Shown here: positions 50,768 to 61,280 of the stretch, piece after piece | Numbering within the stretch: position 1 is the first letter of the stretch | Layout: every line of letters starts with the position of its first letter | Assembly: GCF_001447785.1 (NCBI RefSeq) | Contig: NW_015162578.1 | Location: forward strand, 100,050 to 161,329 | Length of the DNA: 61,280 bases | Direction of reading: 5' to 3' | Source: Gekko japonicus | Lineage: Eukaryota | Made by a program: the position numbers and the translations under genes | The notes under the pieces: model-generated | Database searches by the model: none | What the model saw: the letters and a program-made list of their open reading frames with translations, nothing else | Told to the model about the DNA's origin: nothing

Positions 50768-51751
50768 ATGGCTCAGGAAAACCTGACCATAAAAGTCACA
50801 GAATTTGTTCTCATAGGTCTTTCGCAGAATCCAAAATGGAATTTCATCCTCTTCCTGATTTTCATCACTATCTACATCACAACCTGGCTTGGAAACCTCA
50901 CCATTATCTTCACAGTGATCTTCATGCGTCAGCTCCACACACCTATGTACTTTCTACTGGCCAATCTGGCTGCTTTAGACATCAGTGATTCCACAGTCAC
51001 TGCTCTTAAGCTGCTAGCAGGCTTCCTATCACACCCCAATACTATTTCTTACAACTGGTGCATTGCTCAGATTTTCTTTTTCCACTTTACTGGTGCTTCT
51101 GTGGATTTCTTGCTCACAGTAATGGCTGTGGATCGGTACATAGCTATCTACAAACCACTGCAGTACTTAACTATCATGAACCAAGGGGTTTGTATAAGCT
51201 TGGTAGCAGGTGCTTGGCTGGGTGGCTTTGTTCACTCCATTGTCCAGATTGGGATCCTCCTTCAGTTGCCCTTTTGTGGACCCAACACGTTGGACAATTT
51301 CTACTGTGACATTCCCCAAGTTGTCAAACTGGCTTGTACAGACACATACATCACCGAGTTGCTGATGGTTTCTAATAGTGGATTGATTGTTGCAGCTATG
51401 TTCTTTGTCTTACTTGTATCATACTCTGTCATTTTAGTGAAGATCAGAACCCATGTCACAGAGGGAAAGCACAAAGCTCTTTCGACTTGTACTGCACATA
51501 TTGTGGTACTGAGCTTAAATTTTGGGCCTGCAATATTCATTTATGACCGGCCTTTCAAGGTATACCCAGGAGATAAGATATTTCAAGTAATGTATACTCT
51601 CATCACCCCAATGCTGAACCCAATGATCTTTACACTGAGAAATACAGAGATGAAAAATGCCATGAAGAAACTCAAAAGGAAAATTGTGTCTTCAAGAAGC
51701 AGAATCTTTACTAGGAAAAAATCCTTTGATCTAGGTTGCACTGAAAAATGA
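50768..51751 (+). CDS. Olfactory receptor, OR4D-like, paralogue B2 (327 aa)
   Basis: MAVDRYIAIYKPLQY, KALSTCTAH, PMLNPMIFTLRN; acceptor gttgCAG ending at 50747. Confidence 0.97.
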   Translation: MAQENLTIKVTEFVLIGLSQNPKWNFILFLIFITIYITTWLGNLTIIFTVIFMRQLHTPMYFLLANLAALDISDSTVTALKLLAGFLSHPNTISYNWCIAQIFFFHFTGASVDFLLTVMAVDRYIAIYKPLQYLTIMNQGVCISLVAGAWLGGFVHSIVQIGILLQLPFCGPNTLDNFYCDIPQVVKLACTDTYITELLMVSNSGLIVAAMFFVLLVSYSVILVKIRTHVTEGKHKALSTCTAHIVVLSLNFGPAIFIYDRPFKVYPGDKIFQVMYTLITPMLNPMIFTLRNTEMKNAMKKLKRKIVSSRSRIFTRKKSFDLGCTEK

Positions 51752-52605
51752 ATATGGGGAGAAATAGATAGTGGTTATAAATTTTTAATATGCAGGAGAT
51801 GCCTTCAGTCAGTTAATTGTTAGCTCCACATATGCTGTGAACTCCTTAGAGAGCTCTACAGGTATAGTAAAGATAACAAGAAAAATTAGGCTAAAATATA
51901 CATTGATAAAATACCTAACTGTGCAAAGCCAACTTAGAGTTACACCTCAAATGGCACAAATCTCCTTAGGTTTGTGCCATTCATCATTTTAACTATCTGT
52001 TTTGTTTCAAAAAAATTGTTAGACTTGTGTAATGTATTTAAATTCTGTTCTTTGTTTCCCATGTTTAGGGGGGGTTGGTTTTATCATTTTAAAATGTGAT
52101 TATATCATGTATGTTTTAAATTGTTAGCCCCCTTAGTGGTCCTTGACAATGATAGATGATAATAAATAATGAGACAAAGGCTTTGAATTCTTTGATGTTT
52201 TATAGGAAATCATGCTTTAATCCATACTGGGGTGTGTGTGAAGAAAAACTGAATGTATTACCATTTTTGTTTGTTTTCCAACAGCAGAGCCAAAAAGGCA
52301 ACTAGAGGCATTTTAGTGGGGAAACAGGGCTGAACTGCAATCTCAGTTGCTGTTGTACATTTTGGAAATAAGAGGTTCCTTCTATTCCACTAGTTTCCTG
52401 TTCATTGTGAATCAATAATATGAACAAATCTTCCAGTTAAATCTCCAGCTGAGACAAAATTAGCATTTGCCCTATTATGACTTCTGAGATACGGACTATA
52501 CTTTAATATTCCCTTATGAGAGTTCATTCCCCATTCATAAGAAAACAAAAGAAAAAAGAAGCAGTACTATTCTTCAAAATCTGATAAAGTCTCACAGCGG
52601 CTTCA

Positions 52606-52897
52606 CTTAGGCAAATCATGAGAGGGAGGGCAGGAAGGGTTGCATCAGTGCTTAGTTCTTGTGGCCCTTTCTTACATGCCCAGGGAAATGCTGATCACCA
52701 CTTTGGGGTCAGGAAGCAATTTTTCTCCAGACCAGTTTGGCTGGAGATCCTGGAGGTTTTTTGTCATCATCTGGGTATGGAACAGTGGTCACTGGGTGTG
52801 TGGGGGGGAGGTATTTGTGAATTTCCTGTATTGTGCAGGGGGTTGGACTAGATGACCCTGGAGGTCCCTTCCAACTCTATATTTCTATGATACTATG
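52606..52897 (+). mobile_element. CR1 3' UTR fragment
   Basis: Same sequence as 30160-30445. Confidence 0.85.
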
Positions 52898-53212
52898 AAT
52901 AGCGGTTGAGGTGAGGAGCAATTTTAAATGACACTGGATGTGTGTTTGCTGAAGCATTCCATTGCAAATTTGGTCAACATTTATCTCACACTAATCAGAA
53001 AGGCAAAATGTTGTGAGATTTATTTATTGTTTTGACTTTTTAACATATTCTTAGGCACACTGTTTAGTGCTGCAATGAAAACTTCCAGAATGCTGTAATT
53101 CACAACACACACACACACACCATCTGGCTTTGTTTATCAAAGTGCATGAAATGTCGAACATTTTGAAGAAGCCAGTAGCTGAGTCCACCTCACTTCCTCT
53201 GAGAGGCACATA

Positions 53213-54662
53213 GTGGGCACATAGATGAACAAAACCTATTGAGGCAGACTCAGCACAGTTTCTGTAAGGGAAGATCTTGTCTCACTAACCTGTTAGTGTT
53301 CTTTGAGGGGGTGAACAAACATGTGGGCAAGGGGGATCCAATAGATATTGTTTACCTTGACTTCCAGAAAGCTTTTGATAGAGTTCCTCATCAAAGGAAG
53401 CTCAAAAAGCTCAAAAAGCTCAAAAAGCTCAAAAATCATGGGATAGAAGCACGTCCTTTTATGAATCAAAAACTGGCTAATTCATAGAAAACAGAGAGTG
53501 AGTATAAATGGGCAATTTTCTCAGTGGAGGGTGGTAAGCAGTGGGGTACCGCAGGGATCAGTACTTGGTCCACTTCTTTTTAACTTGTTCATTAATGATT
53601 TGGAGATGGGAGTAAGCAGTGAAGTGGCTAAATTTGCGGATGATACGAAGTTGTTCAGGGTGGTGAAAACCAGTGAGGATTGTGAGGCACTCCAAAGGGA
53701 TCTGTCAAGGATGGGCGAGTGGGCGTCAACATGGCAAATGGGGTTCAATGTGGCCAAGTGCAAGGTGATGCACATTGGAGCCAAAAATCCTAAATATAAA
53801 TACACATTGATGGGGTCTGAACTGGCAGAGACTGGTCAAGAGAGAGATCTTGGAGTTGTAGTAGATAACTCACTGAAAATGTCGAGACAGTGTGTGACTG
53901 CAATAAAGAAGGCCAATGCTATGCTGGGGATTATTAGGAAGGGTATTGAAAACAGATCAGCCAATATCATAATGCCCCTATATAAATCAATGGTGAGACC
54001 TCATTTGGAATACTGTGTGCAGTTCTGGGCACCACACCTTAAAAAGGATATTATAGCTTTGGAAAAAGTGCAGAAAAGGGCAACTCGAATGATAAAAGGG
54101 TTGGAACACTTTCCCTATGAGGAAAGGTTAAAGCGCTTAGGGCTCTTTAGCTTGGAGAAAAGACGACTGAGGGGTGACATGATCGAGGTTTATAAGATTA
54201 TGCATGGGAAAGAGCAGGTAGAGAAAGAGGTACTTTTCTCCCTTTCTCACAATACAAGAACTCGTGGGCACTCCATGAAACTGCAAAGCGGTTGGGTTAG
54301 AACGGATAAAAGGAAGTACTTCTTCACCCAAAGAGTGATTAACACTTGGAATTCACTGCCACAGGAAGTGGTGGCGGCTACAAGAATGGACGGCTTCAAA
54401 AGGGAGTTAGATAAGCATATGGAGCAGAGGTCCATCACAGAGGTCCAGCCACAAGGTATAGATAGGGGCTCTGGGACAAGTGATGCTCTGTCTTCTTGGT
54501 GCTTGGGGGGGTCAACAGTGGGAGGGCTTCTAATGTCCTGGCCCCACTGGTGGACCTCCTGATGGCACTGATATTTCTGGCCACTTTGTGACACAGAGTG
54601 TTGGACTGGATGGGCCTTTGGCCTGATCCAACATTGGCATCTCTTATGTTCTTATGTTCTTA
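53213..54662 (+). mobile_element. Relatively young 5'-truncated CR1 LINE
   Basis: Open RT C-terminal frame 53498-54562 (SGVPQGSVLGP, FADD); (TTCTTATG)n tail. Confidence 0.93.
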
Positions 54663-55356
54663 AATGCTTTTTGGAATAATTTAGTATCTCTGCCTCTGTG
54701 ACACTGGGATAGCCCCAGGAATTCAAAATTGTAACTTCTGATCAAGAAGCAAGATGGATCCTATGGTTGAAGATGAAGAACTCAGAACAAGCATTGAGAG
54801 AGTTTGCAGTATCACTGAGGCAATACAGAAATTATAACACTGGCACTGACGCAACTGAGATATCCTATATTTGCTTCTATGATCCATCCCTGTTTGCTAT
54901 GCTCAACAACCCAATAGCTCCCTGTGCTTGCCATATAATGGTGATTAGAAAACAGAATAATAAGTTTTGCCTCCTGTTGATAGAGCTTCAGCAAGAAGAA
55001 TCAACAGCAAGAACAATCATCCCCTTTTTGCAATCTGTAACCAGAATTGCATTTATAACAAACATTATGCCCACCATTGTCCCCACCATTGTTCTCTACT
55101 CCTCCATTTTATACTCACAACAGCCCTGTGAGGTAGATCTGGCTGAAAGGTTTTGACTGGACCAAAGAAATCCATCCAGGCTGTTGTCCAGAGCTGTNNN
55201 NNNNNNNNNNNNNNNNNNNNNNNNNNNNNNNNNNNNNNNNNNNNNNNNNNNNNNNNNNNNNNNNNNNNNNNNNNNNNNNNNNNNNNNNNNNNNNNNNNNN
55301 NNNNNNNNNNNNNNNNNNNNNNNNNNNNNNNNNNNNNNNNNNNNNNNNNNNNNNNC

Positions 55357-55596
55357 ACCCTTCACTACCCAAAGGAGTCTTAGAATCCCTTTCCCTTCCC
55401 TTCCCCACAATAGACACCCTGTGAGGTAGGTGGGGCTGAGAGAGCTCTCTTGAGTACTGCCCTTGAGAGGACAGCTCTGAGAGAACTTGTGACTGACCCA
55501 AGGTCACACCAGCAGCTGAATGTGGAAGAGTGGGGAATCAAACCCGGTTCTCCCAGATTAGAGTCCGCACACTTAACCACTACACCAAACTGGCTC
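55357..55596 (-). mobile_element. tRNA-derived SINE (Squam3-like)
   Basis: Reverse complement of 22478-22769. Confidence 0.8.
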
Positions 55597-57723
55597 AGTA
55601 ATGTTCTTTCTGCCAATTCCTCTCTAAGGTTCTTCTTGAGTCTGACAGGTTCTGCTCTAGGTACACTGAGCTGCAGTGCAGCGGTGATAGAAGATGCAGG
55701 TGCTCAACTCCAAAAGCAGGGGTGACAGTGAAAGGATGTAGCTCAGATCCAAAAGCCCTACTATGTGAAACATTTTGCATTTACAACCATTTCCAAATGG
55801 TGAAGAGCAGGTATATGTTACAGTAAATGTCCAAAATTTGGGGAATGTGTTATTGACTGGCAATCTTCAAAAAGGTATCTGAGGTTTTTGAACATTGTGA
55901 TTTTTGCCTGAGTTTGTTGCTGTTCACAAATCAGTTTGGACATTTTCTGTAGCAACTAGGTGTTCAGTATCTTCAATCCCATGGTCTCTCAACCTGACTT
56001 TTAAAAAAGGACAAATTGCCCACACAGACACATGAAACTATGACTAACAGACCATTAGCCTATCAAGCTCAGTTGGGGCTTTTGCATCATCTACTACTTT
56101 AGCAGGATTGAACCTGGGACCTTCTGGATGCAACGCATGTGCTGTACCTTAAGCCACAAGCACATCACTATTTTATATGCAAATTAAATGAGGATGGGAA
56201 CAAGGTCCACCAAATGATTGTCCAGGTGTGAAAACAACTGTGCAGGAACAGATGAGGGTCCAGCAGGCCTTTTCCATGTTAATAATCCATACAATTGTAA
56301 TCCTTACAATTTACAGGCAACCAGTTCAAGAATGGTGAAGTTCTGCTTAACCCCTTTTGGCCACTAGCATATCCAAAGGCAAATAATCCTTACAATTCAC
56401 AGGCAACCAATTCAAGAATGGTGAAGTTCTGCTTAACCCCATCCCGCTGTTGCATGATTGTTTTCAGGCTGCTAAAATGGAATAAGTCATAATGGATGTC
56501 CTGGCATGCTAGAGTGCAGGACTCTCTGAACAAGGGTTCCTTGTGCTATGCCATGCACCCTGGGTCCCTGAGGAACAAAGCAGATATAGAAGTCATTATG
56601 CCACAAACCCTTCCCAACAGTAATTCTCATAATGACAGGGAAGTGACAGCTGAGTATAGCATGACAGCAGTCCAGGATTCAATGGCCATGACAGCCACTG
56701 ACACCTCTTCTGGAGCCCACCCAGTGATTTTAGAAAGTGGGCAGGGCCAGGTTGGTCCTTTTGCACAACAGAGCTTCTGATTGGCCACTGCAGATCTAAT
56801 TCACTGTGCACATTTTTTTTTTGTAAAATGTTGAGCAGGAGAATTACACTGCTACAGTAAGTGAATTTGTCCTGAATAAATTGTAAATGTTGTTTTAGAC
56901 AAAATCTCTCTAATAATTCTGATTCCTCATTAATGAGATTTTTACCTTTGTTCTTTCAGCAGCAAACACCCATGTCATAACTGCTCTTGAAACTCTCTTC
57001 TGATTACCTGTGTGTGTGAGGGAAGATACACTAGGCAAGAGAGAGCTCCCCAGATCAATACACAGAGTGCAGAATCCCTGTGGAAGAACACAGAACTAAT
57101 TAAATAGTTGACCTAAACTGAATTTAGATTCCAATACTAGTCTGATTCCTTCACCATCATTTGTTAAGCCCTCAGAGCAAGACCCTTACTAATAATGCAG
57201 GTGAAGTCTCAAAAGTGTTTGTATTTTTCCCCTTGGTGGGAAAAAAGGACCCAAGGACCTCATAGATTATATGTGGTAGTGATTTCTGATTCACATGTTG
57301 GGTAAACTTACTAAGGCATCAGTAAGGTGTGACTCCCTGAAAGACTGTTTAACCCACCAATGAGAAAGACAGAACACACAGTATGGCTGTGACTTAGGAA
57401 TTAACTTATCTTGGGCATGTAGACTTTTTTTCTTCTAGTAAGTACATTTTATTTATTATGCATGATGACCCCAACAATACTGTGCTTTCATTATCCCAAT
57501 AAATTACCCCCCCAATCATAAGTTTAACAATGTTCTGCCTTTTAGAAATTAAGTCTTGTTTCATCAAAGCAGACTGTGTTCTGGGAATCTGAATACTAAA
57601 GAGTCATGGGGTCCCTTCAATTTTTAAATGAAGTAAGGAATGCTTCTTTCATATTGACTTATTTCAAATAGGTTATGATTTTAAAGATGTTCCAATATTA
57701 TATAGTACAGTATACAAATGTGT

Positions 57724-57801
57724 GGATGGATGGACGGACGGACGGACGGATGGATGGATGGATGGACGGACGGACAGATGGATGGATGGATGGATGGATG
57801 G
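57724..57801. repeat. (GGAT)/(GGAC) compound microsatellite
   Basis: Direct sequence. Confidence 0.95.
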
Positions 57802-58055
57802 AAGTGTATGTATACACAAAATGTTGATATCTGGAGGAAAGCTGTTATGATAACTGGAAAACCATGGGATATGGACAGTTCTGAAACATCTTAAGACCCG
57901 ATTGATTTGTTTGAATGGTTGGTTTTGTCAGAAACAAGAGTGTATCCAGTGGTCTCCAGATGTATAATCTTATTTAGCATTTTTTGCCTTACATTAACTA
58001 CCAAAAATATTAAGAAGTGCCCCTGGTAATGTTATGTACAAATAGCAACTAAATT

Positions 58056-58535
58056 TGAACAAAATCTATACCATGAGACAGCAACAAATATGCATAAACT
58101 GTTATTTAAATGTACTTATAAATAATGTAATGGTGCTCAATAGAACTCATATTGCATACAATCCTTGTTATTTGTATCAATAAAAGTACTACAAATGACA
58201 ATATTGTCTTCTTCTTACAACAGCCCATTGAAACAAATGAGAATTCTTTGATAAAGTGAGGATTCTTTGATAAAGACAAAGAAACGGGCTGAAAATTAAC
58301 CAGGACCCCGTGAGAATCTTTCACATGCTGCATTGTGTAATAGAACATGCTGTTTGTTTCAATGGACTGTTGTATGAAGTAGACAATATTGTCTTTTGTA
58401 GTACTTGTATTGATACAAATAACAAGGATTATATGTAATATAAGTTCTATTGAGCACCATTACATTATTTTCTAAGTAAATTTAAAGAACAGTTTATGCA
58501 TATTTGTTGCTGTCTCATGGTACAGATTTTGTTCA
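58056..58535. repeat. Long inverted repeat (arms 58056-58237 and 58353-58535)
   Basis: Arms are near-perfect reverse complements with scattered mismatches; ~115-bp spacer. Confidence 0.92.
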
Positions 58536-60239
58536 TGTTAGGTTATATGTCCATGATCCTGCAATTTGGTGCAAATAGCAACAAAAACTTGAACTGAAAT
58601 AGAGTAGGAAAAGAAATAAATCAGGTTCTGTTTCAATGTCATATTCAAAGAAATGCAAGGAGTTTTGTGGGTGTTATTTTATTGGAACACCTGTACAAAT
58701 TTAAAGACAACATAGCATGTAATTCATTTACATGGAGTTCATTAAAAAAGAAGGCACTAAAAACTGTTGACACTAACTTTAAAGATGCCAAAGAACTGTG
58801 CATGATATGCAATCAACTCAGTTGTCCACTGATCATTTTCAACAGAATTTAAATCTCATCCATGGGGGTCATCGGGGTTCCTCAGGTTCACCATACCTCT
58901 CCATGGCATCATACACATTACTTATTAACTCCACATCAGATTGGTAATTATAATATCCTTTCCATAATGAGAAAGGAGATATATTTTAGCATTGGTTTTG
59001 ATTTACATGTGCAGCCAGTCAGGTACAATCGTAACTTCATGTTTGTTTGTTTTATGTGGATTGCTATATTTATTTGTGGTTTTATTGCTCCAACCAACTG
59101 TACAAGATACACTTACTCTCTCAGTTTCTGGAGAAAATCACCTGAAAGACATTATTTGCAGTTTGAAACCTGCCAACCTTGTCTAAGGCACCCATTCATT
59201 ATTATGAATTTTATAAAAGAGTGGACTGGCAGATTCTCAAGAATCACAGCTGGTGACAAATGGGATGAGATTTTGAGCTATTAAAATAGGACTTTTAACT
59301 GTGATGTGTTCATTTTCATTTGGCTATTTTGTTTAGAATACTCTCCTTTGCTGACGTACAGATCTTTCCATGGGAGGAAGGAGTCTTTTTGCCAGTGTAA
59401 TCGTCCTCAATTAGTGGAATGGAACCACCGGATCTAGTCCTATATCTGCAGAAAAAGGAAAACAATCCAGAAGACTGAAATGCTATATAAATTCTGCTCA
59501 TTTTAATCTGAAAATTATGGATCGGATCCTGCTAGTGAAAATGGAAATGAATTGCCTTTGACCATCTAGAAAGGCTGTATTGGATACAGAACCTGCACAG
59601 ACAAAAGCTGTGCGAAATGGATGCTGTAGTAAGGAGGAAATCGGGCAAGTCTGAATGAAAAGGCTGATTTAATCGAGCCCTATGACTCTGTTCCACTGTG
59701 CTGAATGCCTTTAATGGCATATCAATTAAATACATGGTATGATAAAACGTGAGCAAGAAGGCATTACAGAGACAACAAAATAATGTTGATCATATAGAAA
59801 GCTTGATTCCCTTTCTGGTACAACCTCCTCCAACAAAGAACAACTTCCTTCAACAAAGAAATACCTCTATTCCACTGGATGAACACTGTCTCCATTAGGG
59901 AAAAAAAAATCATTCTCCATTGGGATATTTCTTTTTACCCTTGAAAGGAGACTTTGCAGAAGAAAGTCATAAAATGAAACCTATTCTTCCCATTTTTATT
60001 AGAAAAACTGAGACAGTATCCAGTCAGAGTCAGACATGAAGGTATGTGCTTTATTCTATCAGTGAACTTAGCACGTCCAAAAGGGGTTTAACATTGGTTG
60101 TATCTTCTCATTTTTTTAAAATGCTACAAAAATGTAAACTGTCACTCCTAGTAATAGCTATGTAACTGGACAATGGGGACATGACTGATTAACTTCAAGT
60201 CTTATTACTCTCTTTCTGCCTACTGCTGAAGACCGTGGA

Positions 60240-61187
60240 ATGGAGAAGGAGAATTCCACCATCAGAGTGAGTGAATTTGTCCTCCTGGGTTTATCCCAAA
60301 GTCCAGAACACCAGCGCTTCCTATTTGTCATCTTTCTGTTCATCTACTTGGCTACATGGCTTGGAAATCTCACTATAATCATCACTGTAATCTGTGACTA
60401 CCATCTTCACACCCCTATGTACTTTTTTATGGCTAATTTGGCATTGATGGAAGTCTCTGAATCCTCAATCACAGCACCCAAGTTTTTGCAAACTCTACTC
60501 TCCCAGCACAAAAGCATCTCCTACAATAGCTGCCTTATTCAGATATTTTGCATCCACTTCATTGGTGCTAGTGTCATTTTTATTCTTGTGGTGATGGCAG
60601 CTGATCGGTACCTGGCTATTCATAAACCACTGCAATACATGACTATCATGAACTGGAACATGTGTTTGAAGATAATGGTAATAGCTTGGACAGCTGCTTT
60701 CCTTCATGGAATTACTGTGATGTCAGTGGTAATACAGTTACCATTCTGTGGTCCCAACATACTTGACAATTTCTATTGTGATATCCCGCAGGTTGTCCAG
60801 TTAGCCTGCACAGACACCTCCACTGTTGAGCTGTTTATTATTACCAACAATGGACTGATAATTACAGTGGTCTTTACTGGATTGCTCATTTCATATACTG
60901 TAATCTTGCTCAAAATAAGAAATCATCTCTCAAAAGGAAAGCACAAAGCTGTTTCCACTTGTGTGGCCCAAATCACAGTGGTGAGCTTGCACTTGATCTC
61001 ATGTTCCTTTGTTTATGATCGGCCTTTTCAAAAATTTGCAGAAGATAAATTTGTCTCTGTCATCTACACAATGATTTCACCTGTGCTGAATCCAATCATC
61101 TATACTTTAAGAAACACAGAGATGAAAAGTGCCATTAGGAGATTAGCAGGCAAAGTATTTTTCTCCCACAGGGGCTCAAAGATGTAG
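60240..61187 (+). CDS. Olfactory receptor, OR4/OR4D-like, divergent paralogue (315 aa)
   Basis: LHTPMYFFMANLA, MAADRYLAIHKPLQY, KAVSTCVAQ, PVLNPIIYTLRN; AATAAA at 61225-61230. Confidence 0.96.
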   Translation: MEKENSTIRVSEFVLLGLSQSPEHQRFLFVIFLFIYLATWLGNLTIIITVICDYHLHTPMYFFMANLALMEVSESSITAPKFLQTLLSQHKSISYNSCLIQIFCIHFIGASVIFILVVMAADRYLAIHKPLQYMTIMNWNMCLKIMVIAWTAAFLHGITVMSVVIQLPFCGPNILDNFYCDIPQVVQLACTDTSTVELFIITNNGLIITVVFTGLLISYTVILLKIRNHLSKGKHKAVSTCVAQITVVSLHLISCSFVYDRPFQKFAEDKFVSVIYTMISPVLNPIIYTLRNTEMKSAIRRLAGKVFFSHRGSKM

Positions 61188-61261
61188 CATGTATTGTTTG
61201 TAAAATAGTTTGTTTATAGAGACCAATAAATAATGACAATGCTTGTCATTTACAGTGAACT

Positions 61262-61280
61262 TAAGAACATAAGAACATAA
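61262..61280 (-). mobile_element. Tail of an antisense CR1 at the window edge
   Basis: taagaacataagaacataa is the reverse of the CR1 tail at ~54640-54662. Confidence 0.65.

Noticed and set aside
53397-53434. Short tandem repeats as a CRISPR-like array (also 56290-56440)
   Set aside because: Simple slippage duplications with no spacers, in eukaryotic DNA
53498-54562. 354-aa RT ORF as a domesticated gene
   Set aside because: Ordinary 5'-truncated CR1 with an upstream frameshift and no ATG start

Overview
Vertebrate genomic DNA, very likely a squamate (probably a gecko, judged from the SINE/LINE content), from a draft assembly with five N-gaps. It is an olfactory receptor (OR) cluster with seven intact single-coding-exon class II ORs: one OR6-family-like gene (637-1572) and six OR4D-like genes. 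Three of these are close 'A' paralogues (4853-5785 -, 17053-17985 -, 41929-42861 +), two are 'B' paralogues (34274-35269 +, 50768-51751 +) and one is more distant (60240-61187 +). They lie among RTE-X-like, RTE/BovB, CR1, L1, L2 and Penelope fragments, SINEs, solo LTRs and hAT/Harbinger MITEs. I see no novel protein-coding system; the interesting signal is non-coding. (1) An ENE-like architecture (U-rich internal loop, potentially triple-helix forming) is shared, with covariation, by CR1 3' UTRs and an unrelated retroelement-like insert. (2) A triplicated upstream cassette carries a near-match to the mouse H/P-enhancer homeodomain 13-mer beside Ebf-like sites, and may serve head-to-head OR pairs bidirectionally. 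(3) Stacked SINE insertions replaced the C-terminus of the OR6-like gene. (4) The OR4D-like clade has lost canonical activation residues. (5) A ~180-bp-arm inverted repeat lies upstream of the last OR. All calls were made by eye, so TE family names and most TE boundaries are approximate.
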